Below, piece after piece: positions 20,233-27,127 of a DNA stretch of 64,000 bases. Below the pieces are notes generated by a model that was given only the letters and a program-made list of their open reading frames with translations, was not told the DNA's origin and searched no databases. This stretch comes from an uncultured bacterium (GTDB taxonomy: Bacteria > Fidelibacterota > Marinisomatia > Marinisomatales > UBA1611), in the NCBI GenBank assembly GCA_964586315.1, contig CAZPHE010000001.1, positions 29,125-93,124 of the forward strand, read 5' to 3'. Within the stretch, counting starts at the first letter, position 1; the number at the start of each line of letters is the position of its first letter. Made by a program: the position numbers and the translations under genes.

Positions 20233-20250
20233 AATTCTTTACCTCGCCTT

Positions 20251-22038
20251 TTATTCATCGCCGCTTTCTTCTTCATCGCTATCACTAGCATCAGATTTTT
20301 CTTCTGAAGGAGTCGCAATCTCTGGGGCGGGTTGCTCTAGCCACTCTTTAACAATTGTAGACGTTTTCATCGGCTGTCCCACGCTCATTGAAACAATAGA
20401 TTTTCGAATATCATCAATTTCACTTTTTAAGACATTTGGATCTATATCTGGACTTGTACTATCTAATTCATTATTACCATTAGGTGATGCAGCTTGAGCT
20501 TCCATTGCTGCTATCTGCGCAGCAGTTGGTTCACCAGGAGATTTTTCATCGGTTAGTTTACTTTCCCCTTTTTTTTCTTCTTTTTTTTCAGTTTTTCTTT
20601 TTCTTTTCCTTCGTCTTGGTGGCGGATAAGGATATGGTGGCATCGGCGGTGGATACTGCTGTTGTGTATTTTTACCTTTTTGCAAGAATACCATGAGCAA
20701 CAAACCTACACTTACGACTCCTAAAGCTATTATCATTATCATCTTAGTATCAAAACCTTGGGTCGCTTCGGCTTCTAAAGCAGCAAGGTCTGCCTGAACT
20801 GCATCAAGTGCCGCTATTTTTTCAGCAATAATTGAGTCCCTAGAAGCTTTTTCTTTTTCACGTGATGTCAGTTCTTCCTGAATTTTTGCCTGTGCCTTCT
20901 GTTGAGCCTCAAGTGAATCTTGTAAAATTGCTTCTAACAACATTGTTCTTAAACTCTGCATTTCGTTATCAAGCATGGCAAACCGTGTTGAATCAAGTCT
21001 CTTCTCTTTGACTTCGTCTTCGGATTCATTCATAGACAGCATATCTTTTAAAGCTTGAATTTCTGCTTCTAGTTTTGAATTTCTAACAGAATCTTTTCTC
21101 GCTAATTCTTTCTTCTCATACTCTGCGGCTGCTTCTAATCGCGCTTTTTCTAAATTTGAAAGTTGCTCTTCAAAGCTTTCCAAATTTTCAATTCGTTGAG
21201 CATCAGCTTCTTTTTTATAATTAGCAATGTCATCTCTCCAATTACTTGATTCGTTTAATCTCTTTTGTTCCATCATGTCTATTTTTTCAGCTATGTTTTT
21301 TAACATTACTTGTTCAGCAGTGCGCTGATCGCGCCTTTCTTTAAAACTTGCTGTCATAATTGTTAATTTATCACCTCTTTCTCGATCAAATTTTGCAGCA
21401 GCCATTGTCAATTGACGAATATTTTCAATCAATTCTGGCGCTGCTCCTTCTTGGAGAATAAGAGACAACTCCATTCGCTTCACAACAGTTTTTGATGGGC
21501 GTTTTGTTGAAAGAACTTTATCAACAATTTCTTTTTGAACTTCGGACCCATCCCTATCTATATCAACGGTTGATTCAAGTGTCTTAGGTGAAATGGGCAT
21601 TGATTTTGTTAAAGGACCAGGGTCGCTGGATTTAGGTGTCGTCACATCAACTTCAAATCCAGGTATAGGCAATCCAATAGAATAACTGTTATTTTTATTC
21701 TGTTCGTTTTCATTAACCATTTTTTCTTGTATTTTAACCAATGCATCTGCTGTTTTTTCGGCTGGCGAAAGGGTATTATTTTGTTTTTTTTCTAATGCTC
21801 TTGGTGCATAATAAGTAAACTGTTCATTCACTTCATTTAGTACTTCTAATTCCACATCAACATTGATAACATATTTATGCGACTCAATAAGTTTTGATAA
21901 GGCATCTTTTATTCGCTCACGAATATTGTTTTCCACCATTAATTTTTGGGAAAGATACCCACCTCCCTGCGCAACAAGCAATGTGATTACCATCGCGGCA
22001 CTAATGATGGGTATTAAAAAATTTTTACCCTGTTTCAT
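20251..22038 (-). CDS. FliF-like two-TM ring protein with long periplasmic coiled coil and basic/Pro-rich cytoplasmic linker
   Basis: TM1 at aa ~7-23 and TM2 at aa ~433-452. FliF/YscJ-like ring-building blocks IRERIKDALSKLIESHKYVINVDVELEV and VKRMELSLILQEG..IENIRQLTMAAAKFDRERGDKLTIMTASF. About 195 aa of coiled coil. PPPMPPYPYPPPRRRKRKRK linker. C-terminal IVSMSVGQPMKTSTIVKEWL resembles the FliG-binding end of FliF. AAGGAG Shine-Dalgarno motif 6 nt before the ATG. Confidence 0.5.
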   Translation of the reverse strand: MKQGKNFLIPIISAAMVITLLVAQGGGYLSQKLMVENNIRERIKDALSKLIESHKYVINVDVELEVLNEVNEQFTYYAPRALEKKQNNTLSPAEKTADALVKIQEKMVNENEQNKNNSYSIGLPIPGFEVDVTTPKSSDPGPLTKSMPISPKTLESTVDIDRDGSEVQKEIVDKVLSTKRPSKTVVKRMELSLILQEGAAPELIENIRQLTMAAAKFDRERGDKLTIMTASFKERRDQRTAEQVMLKNIAEKIDMMEQKRLNESSNWRDDIANYKKEADAQRIENLESFEEQLSNLEKARLEAAAEYEKKELARKDSVRNSKLEAEIQALKDMLSMNESEDEVKEKRLDSTRFAMLDNEMQSLRTMLLEAILQDSLEAQQKAQAKIQEELTSREKEKASRDSIIAEKIAALDAVQADLAALEAEATQGFDTKMIMIIALGVVSVGLLLMVFLQKGKNTQQQYPPPMPPYPYPPPRRRKRKRKTEKKEEKKGESKLTDEKSPGEPTAAQIAAMEAQAASPNGNNELDSTSPDIDPNVLKSEIDDIRKSIVSMSVGQPMKTSTIVKEWLEQPAPEIATPSEEKSDASDSDEEESGDE

Positions 22039-22079
22039 TTGGAACTCCTTGGTATGTGTTTAAAACTCCGCATTTTAAA

Positions 22080-22961
22080 TTAACTTTCCTCCTCTTGGTA
22101 TGATGTCCCTGATCGCCCTTTACCATGATGTGGAGGATTAATAAAAGTAATTTGAATTCTTCTATTGCCCGATTTTTGTTTTTTTGTCTTATTAAGTTCC
22201 AAAACGGTAGGAATAGGATTGCCTTTTGAATCTGTAGATATGCCTTTATCACCCCAAGTTAAGGTTAGTGGATTATACATTGGGTTAACACTCTTTATAC
22301 TATCAATACCCCTTGGATACCAATCCCCATAACCTGCTGCTAGTAATCTTGGGGCCGGTACGCCTTTATCAATCATATATCGCACACACGTTGCACCTCT
22401 TGCAGCTGAAAGTTCCCAATTACTTTTGTAAAATTTTTGCCACTTTTTAGGCATAGGGTCACTGTCTGAATGCCCTGCTACTTCTACTTGAAATGGACTT
22501 GCCAAAATTCTAGGTATAATTTCTTCATCTAACAACTTTTTAAGTTCACCTTTCATATCTGCTTTACCTGAAGGAAAAGCAAAATCACCCTTTATATTTA
22601 CGATCAAACCTTTCGAACTAGTTTGAACAGCGGGATTTTCTTTTTTCATTTCTTCAATAGCTTCTTTCATCTCTTTTTTCATCTGAGCTAAATTTTCTAT
22701 CGGTTCAAACTCACCTTCTTCTTCAGCTTTTCCCTCAGCCTTAATTTTACTACCAAGTGATTTACCTTGAGAATTTGCCATCTCTTGAAGCTTAACAGGG
22801 TCCATTGTGGAGATTGCTGCTAATAGAACAAAAAAGGCGAAAAGTAGTGTCATCATATCAGCAAAAGTACCAAACCATCCTGGAAGACCCTCCTCAATAG
22901 AATTAGCGCCTTCTTCAAAACCCTTGTTAAAGGCTTTTTTTTCGCCAGGTGTCATCGCCAT
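22080..22961 (-). CDS. motB: MotB-type stator subunit with OmpA-like peptidoglycan-binding domain
   Basis: Single TM carrying the conserved channel Asp (WFGTFADMMTLLFAFFVLL). C-terminal OmpA-like motifs VEVAGHSDSDP, SNWELSAARGATCVRYM, AAGYGDWYP, NRRIQITF. It follows motA after 5 nt. Confidence 0.85.
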   Translation of the reverse strand: MAMTPGEKKAFNKGFEEGANSIEEGLPGWFGTFADMMTLLFAFFVLLAAISTMDPVKLQEMANSQGKSLGSKIKAEGKAEEEGEFEPIENLAQMKKEMKEAIEEMKKENPAVQTSSKGLIVNIKGDFAFPSGKADMKGELKKLLDEEIIPRILASPFQVEVAGHSDSDPMPKKWQKFYKSNWELSAARGATCVRYMIDKGVPAPRLLAAGYGDWYPRGIDSIKSVNPMYNPLTLTWGDKGISTDSKGNPIPTVLELNKTKKQKSGNRRIQITFINPPHHGKGRSGTSYQEEES

Positions 22962-22966
22962 TTAAT

Positions 22967-23752
22967 TTAATCCCGTTTCCATTCTGCTGGAGGTATAAAT
23001 GAGTTGAGTTTTTCTCTAACAATAATTGGATGTTTCTTTTGATGAATTAGGCGAGAAGCCTCTACAAGTAAATTAGCAGACATAGATGTCTGTGTAGTTT
23101 TATTTCCCATTTTTTGAGCCATGGGTAGAAAAAACAAATTTGCGAATACTGCACCATAAAGGGTTGTGATCAAAGCAGCGGCCATACCTCCTCCAAGATT
23201 ATCAGCTCCACCTTCACCACCAAAACCCGCTAACATAAGAACGAGACCAATCAAAGTCCCAACCATACCCCAAGCGGGCGATAAATCACCCATGGATTTT
23301 AACATATCTGTTTGAACCTTTTCACGCTTCTCTCTATATTCAATTCTTGTTTCTAAAATTTCTGTTACTTCCTCAAGAGAGTATCCATCAGCCACCATTT
23401 GGACGCCATCTCTGAAGAAAAAATTTTGAATCCCGCCGGCTGTATTTTCTAAATCTGTTGGCGCCTTCCTATATGCCTCCGCAGTATCCACTGCCATATC
23501 TACCAAAGGACCCATTTTATCATCTGCTGGTTTTAAAACAGCACCTATAGCCTTTCCTAAGGCCGCAACATGATACATTGGGAACGCTACCATAACAGAT
23601 GCAAGCATGCCCCCAAACACAATTCCAAAACTTGGAATCGAAATGAAGTTGCCAAATCCACCGGCTGCACCTTCAACAAATAAAGCGTAGGCAATACTAC
23701 CTACCATAAATGCCATTCCTAAAACAACACCAATAATTAGAGCAATATCCAT
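22967..23752 (-). CDS. motA: MotA-type stator subunit (4-TM MotA/PomA layout)
   Basis: 261 aa with two N-terminal TM helices, a ~100-aa charged cytoplasmic loop (DGYSLEEVTEILETRIEYREKRE), then TM3/TM4 with conserved Pro contexts (SPAWGMVGTLIGL and LFFLPMAQKM). The GAGGAG Shine-Dalgarno motif is formed by the last codons of the upstream gene. Confidence 0.85.
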   Translation of the reverse strand: MDIALIIGVVLGMAFMVGSIAYALFVEGAAGGFGNFISIPSFGIVFGGMLASVMVAFPMYHVAALGKAIGAVLKPADDKMGPLVDMAVDTAEAYRKAPTDLENTAGGIQNFFFRDGVQMVADGYSLEEVTEILETRIEYREKREKVQTDMLKSMGDLSPAWGMVGTLIGLVLMLAGFGGEGGADNLGGGMAAALITTLYGAVFANLFFLPMAQKMGNKTTQTSMSANLLVEASRLIHQKKHPIIVREKLNSFIPPAEWKRD

Positions 23753-23756
23753 AAGG

Positions 23757-25196
23757 TCACTCCTCGATCAAATTTGCAGATTGTAATTTATTTTCATTAA
23801 GAGCTTTAAGAATATTTCTTACATCAGTATACTCAGGATCCAAACGTAAAGCAAGATTCCAGTTTATTGTAGCTCTTTGCACATCACCTAATTTATAATA
23901 GATAGAACCTCTTCTGGCATAAGCTAATGCTAAATTAGGATTTAATTCTAAGGATAGATCAACTTCTTTCAAAGCTTCTCGATAATCACCGGCATAAAAA
24001 TACCTTAGTGAGCGGGAAAGATGTCTCATAGCCTCATTCATATTCTTTTCAGATACATTGGTTTCAAGCTTTAAAGAACTCAACGAATCAGATAGGAATC
24101 TACTATTCTGCTCCATAGCATTTAGACGCACTAAAAGATTGCGCATTTCATTATTCATTAATGCCATTGAATCCCTTAACGTCTCTACTGCTACATTAGC
24201 CATTACAATTGTAGAATCTCTATGCAAAGAAATTGTTTCTGGGTAGTCAGTTCCATCATCAGAAGGTCCATAAATATTTGTGGGGCTGGATGGGCCACTA
24301 CGTATTCTACGTAAAGGATCTCTTGGTACCATCATAGTCAAACCCAACGAAAGACCAGGGTGCCCTGCCCAATATCGATTTTTCCATCCTGGAAGTTGAT
24401 CTAAGTGGGTGAACCCTAAGTTCAGGCGGTAATCCGAGGTAAGGGGGATGCGGAGTCCCACATTGACACCTGTCCCATCGAATTCACCCACAATATCCAT
24501 TCCACCCCATTGTCCAAAAAATGGGGTTTTCAATAAAAAACCAACAAATACTCCAGAGCTTGTTTCAGTATTTGATCTTAATGAATCTGAAACAAATCGT
24601 GCTGTATCAGGATGCGCAAGACCGCCACCTATCTCTGGAACTAATGCAGGAGGAGCTAATCCTCCTGTTCCGAAACCCATAAAAGTATTCATTTTATATT
24701 CGCCTAAATCTTTTTCACTGCCAAGCACAGTAAAGAAAGATAAAAGAGAAGTATTCAGACTGAGTATCTGATCTGAGGTCTGTTCACTCTCGAACACAAC
24801 ATCTTGTAAGCCGACCGATAGAGAAATATCATTATAAGTGTAAACTCGTTGTTGAAAATGAAACCCGAACTCAACGGGTGGGTTATATGTAGAGTTTTCC
24901 AATGAATAACCACTTTGCCATGGGTTTATACGTGTTGTATCGCCAGGTATAACAGCAGAAAAACCAAAACTAAAACCCCTGCTTATTTCCATATCAAAAA
25001 AAAGACCCCCTGCAGTATTAAAAGGATTAAGATTATGAATCTCAGTCCCAAATCCAGTACGAAATAAATAGGGTGATACTGTATTACTTGATGTTGGGAT
25101 GCGCATCATCATTCCAGGTCTAGAATATGCAACGCGCGTACCTGATAATGCGGTAGACGTAATGAAAAAAACAGTTATTAGAAATTTAATTTTCAT
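23757..25196 (-). CDS. secreted envelope protein: Gly/aromatic-rich beta-type N-domain, coiled coil, C-terminal TPR
   Basis: Signal peptide (MKIKFLITVFFITSTALSG). About 300 aa of alternating Gly/aromatic sequence (GFSFGFSAV, GFHFQQRVY, GVNVGLRIPL, LNLGFTHL). Coiled segment (LRDSMALMNNEMRNLLVRLNAMEQ). TPR-like YYAGDYREALKEVDLSLELNPNLALAYARRGSIYYKLGDVQRATINWNLALRLDPEY. Confidence 0.5.
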   Translation of the reverse strand: MKIKFLITVFFITSTALSGTRVAYSRPGMMMRIPTSSNTVSPYLFRTGFGTEIHNLNPFNTAGGLFFDMEISRGFSFGFSAVIPGDTTRINPWQSGYSLENSTYNPPVEFGFHFQQRVYTYNDISLSVGLQDVVFESEQTSDQILSLNTSLLSFFTVLGSEKDLGEYKMNTFMGFGTGGLAPPALVPEIGGGLAHPDTARFVSDSLRSNTETSSGVFVGFLLKTPFFGQWGGMDIVGEFDGTGVNVGLRIPLTSDYRLNLGFTHLDQLPGWKNRYWAGHPGLSLGLTMMVPRDPLRRIRSGPSSPTNIYGPSDDGTDYPETISLHRDSTIVMANVAVETLRDSMALMNNEMRNLLVRLNAMEQNSRFLSDSLSSLKLETNVSEKNMNEAMRHLSRSLRYFYAGDYREALKEVDLSLELNPNLALAYARRGSIYYKLGDVQRATINWNLALRLDPEYTDVRNILKALNENKLQSANLIEE

Positions 25197-25225
25197 GAAA
25201 TATTTAAATTAACCATAAAATTAAC

Positions 25226-26413
25226 TTACTGATATTCTTCCCAATCAATGACATAAGAATAACCAATAAACGTACCAAAGTCTTGGGGAACATAAAGATC
25301 AAATTTCCCATTAGCGCCAGGAAGCAAACTGGCATCAGAAACAATTCCTGTGTCAAATGTATTGTATGAACCTTTAACAAAAGTTGTTAAAGTTCTGGTT
25401 TCCCCACTCCAGTTTTTTCGAAAAACAAAATCTACTTTTACAAAGTCAGCTCTACGACCACCAATATTTTTAATTTCTCCATCAAAAATTATATTCCCTT
25501 GACTGTCTTTTTTCTCCGCTATATTTCCAACCAATACACAATTAGCAGATAGTTTAGCGCTGGCGAGCCTTGCAGAATTATTTGATGATGTATATCTCGG
25601 TTGCGCTAACTTAGGCATTGGCGGAGGAGTATAGCTCTCACGAATCTGTTCAGGAACATATTCCTGAGTATCTTCAGTTATGACATTATCAACAATCCGA
25701 ACAACCTGTGTCCGATCAACGATTAAATAGCCCACTAAGGTTTCTACTTTAAGTGATTTGTCATCTTGATAAATAATTTTACCAAAAACAGTACTGCCAT
25801 TTTTCAAAATAATTTCTTTGGAATAAATAGTAAGCGGGTTTACCCACATTTTACTTAAAGCTTTTAGATCATCTAGATCTTGCGTTAAATGTTTTAGTTC
25901 AGCGTTAAGTTTTTTTATTTCAAAATTTAGTTCATTTATAATAAAATCTTTACTCGGGGCACCCATTGCCTCCATCGTTTGAGGTACTGATATTGATACA
26001 TTTTTAGGTTGCTTGTCTTGATTAGGTTTAGATTCCTCATCTCCAATTTGTTGATCAGAAACAATTGCGCTAGGGTTTTCAGTTGATAACACAAGATCAC
26101 CTAAATCTTTATCATCAGTTAAAGTTATAATTTGTTCTATTGAACCTAAATCATCATGGGTCACCTTCAACATATATTCACCTTCTTCAAGTTTTTTAAA
26201 CTCAAAGGTTCCCTTCCGTCCTGTTTTTTCATCTGCAACTTCATCAGTTCCAGAAAGAAGAGTAACCGTGGCCTTCTTAACTTTCTCTCCATCTGAATCA
26301 ATAATTCTACCTGATAATTTAATTTTCCCTTTCGCAAATATGAGACTTCCCATAAGCGTAAAGGCAATAGTAGCGAATATATATCGCTTCTGCATGCTTT
26401 TTGATAGTGTCAT
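25226..26413 (-). CDS. secreted protein with carboxypeptidase-regulatory-like (CarboxypepD_reg) domain, coiled coil and C-terminal beta-sandwich-like domain
   Basis: Signal peptide. LSGRIIDSDGEKVKKATVTLLSGTDEVADEKTGRKGTFEFKKLEEGEYMLKV is a typical CarboxypepD_reg block. Short coiled coil (FEIKKLNAELKHLTQDLDDLKAL). GAGGT Shine-Dalgarno motif 5 nt upstream of the ATG. Confidence 0.5.
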   Translation of the reverse strand: MTLSKSMQKRYIFATIAFTLMGSLIFAKGKIKLSGRIIDSDGEKVKKATVTLLSGTDEVADEKTGRKGTFEFKKLEEGEYMLKVTHDDLGSIEQIITLTDDKDLGDLVLSTENPSAIVSDQQIGDEESKPNQDKQPKNVSISVPQTMEAMGAPSKDFIINELNFEIKKLNAELKHLTQDLDDLKALSKMWVNPLTIYSKEIILKNGSTVFGKIIYQDDKSLKVETLVGYLIVDRTQVVRIVDNVITEDTQEYVPEQIRESYTPPPMPKLAQPRYTSSNNSARLASAKLSANCVLVGNIAEKKDSQGNIIFDGEIKNIGGRRADFVKVDFVFRKNWSGETRTLTTFVKGSYNTFDTGIVSDASLLPGANGKFDLYVPQDFGTFIGYSYVIDWEEYQ

Positions 26414-26467
26414 GTTTTACCTCGGATTATGAACACTTTTAGCAACTAAATGCGCTAAAGCTAAAAG

Positions 26468-26496
26468 ATTTTAATGCAAATTGGGCAATGTGTCAA
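26468..26496 (-). promoter_or_regulatory. sigma70-like promoter for the six-gene motor-like operon
   Basis: On the minus strand: TTGACA (26496-26491), a 17-nt spacer, then TAAAAT (26473-26468). It lies 54 nt upstream of the 395-aa gene ATG, in the 129-nt gap after the TPR gene. Chance matches are possible in AT-rich DNA. Confidence 0.4.
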
Positions 26497-26542
26497 GAAA
26501 TTATAGAATTATATAAAAAGATAATATTTTGCAAATAAAATG

Positions 26543-27127
26543 TCATTTCCAAAATTCTTTCAATTGTTTTTCTCTTTTCATAATTAGAGAATATTCTGCT
26601 TCAGTGGCCTTTCTTAAATGGCTGGGCAGAACTAACTCCAGCGCCATTTCGTACGATTCACTAATAAGATCAAAATCGGTATCACCTATTTTTTGATAGC
26701 ACTGACCTATATAATAATGTGGCTCTCCTAATTGAGGTTGTAGTTGAGATGCTTTATAATATTTCAGTATTGCTTCCCACAAACCATCTTTATTACCCTT
26801 ATCAAGTAACGCATGACCTTGAGCAATAAAAAGATTATATAGAGACAATGTGTCTTCTCCACATAGCTCTACCGCGCGCGAAAAATGGCCTATGGCTTTT
26901 TTATAATCATGATCGTTCAGTGCAAATTTCCCAATTGTATTGTGTGATGTTATCAATGCATTTTTAATTTTTTTCGTGGGGTTGTTATTTAATAATGAAT
27001 CTTCCATTATTATCAGAGCATCTGGATTTTCTTCCGCAATAATTTGGTATTTTACATTGGAGCATCTCCAATTACTTATCATAATAATTGATAAAAAACT
27101 AAACCAAAATATTACATTATCCTTCAT
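26543..27127 (-). CDS. TPR repeat protein with N-terminal hydrophobic segment
   Basis: TPR-like helices (YKKAIGHFSRAVELCGEDTLSLYNLFIAQGHALL; WEAILKYYKASQLQPQLGEPHYYIGQCYQKIGD). I prefer the start MKDNVIFWFSFLSIIMI at 27127, which overlaps the upstream stop by 11 nt. The track start is 27184. Confidence 0.55.
   Translation of the reverse strand: MKDNVIFWFSFLSIIMISNWRCSNVKYQIIAEENPDALIIMEDSLLNNNPTKKIKNALITSHNTIGKFALNDHDYKKAIGHFSRAVELCGEDTLSLYNLFIAQGHALLDKGNKDGLWEAILKYYKASQLQPQLGEPHYYIGQCYQKIGDTDFDLISESYEMALELVLPSHLRKATEAEYSLIMKREKQLKEFWK

Noticed and set aside
20560-20640. Homopolymer runs (T8/A8) in the region encoding the KKEEKK/RRRKRKRK linker, considered as a phase-variation or frameshift site
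   Set aside because: The reading frame is intact through the region. Such A/T runs are expected for Lys-rich coding sequence in an AT-rich genome. No alternative-frame continuation is evident.
22025-22252. 75-aa minus-strand ORF spanning the motB 3' end and the FliF-like gene start
   Set aside because: It lies in an alternative frame entirely overlapping well-supported genes and the Shine-Dalgarno region. Its sequence is low-complexity with no motif, so it is treated as a shadow ORF.
22080-23752. Alternative reading of the stator pair as ExbB/ExbD or TolQ/TolR
   Set aside because: ExbB/TolQ have three TM helices and partner with small ~140-aa ExbD/TolR proteins lacking OmpA-like domains. 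Here the A subunit has four TM helices with a large loop between TM2 and TM3. The B subunit has the MotB Asp-TM plus an OmpA-like peptidoglycan-binding domain.
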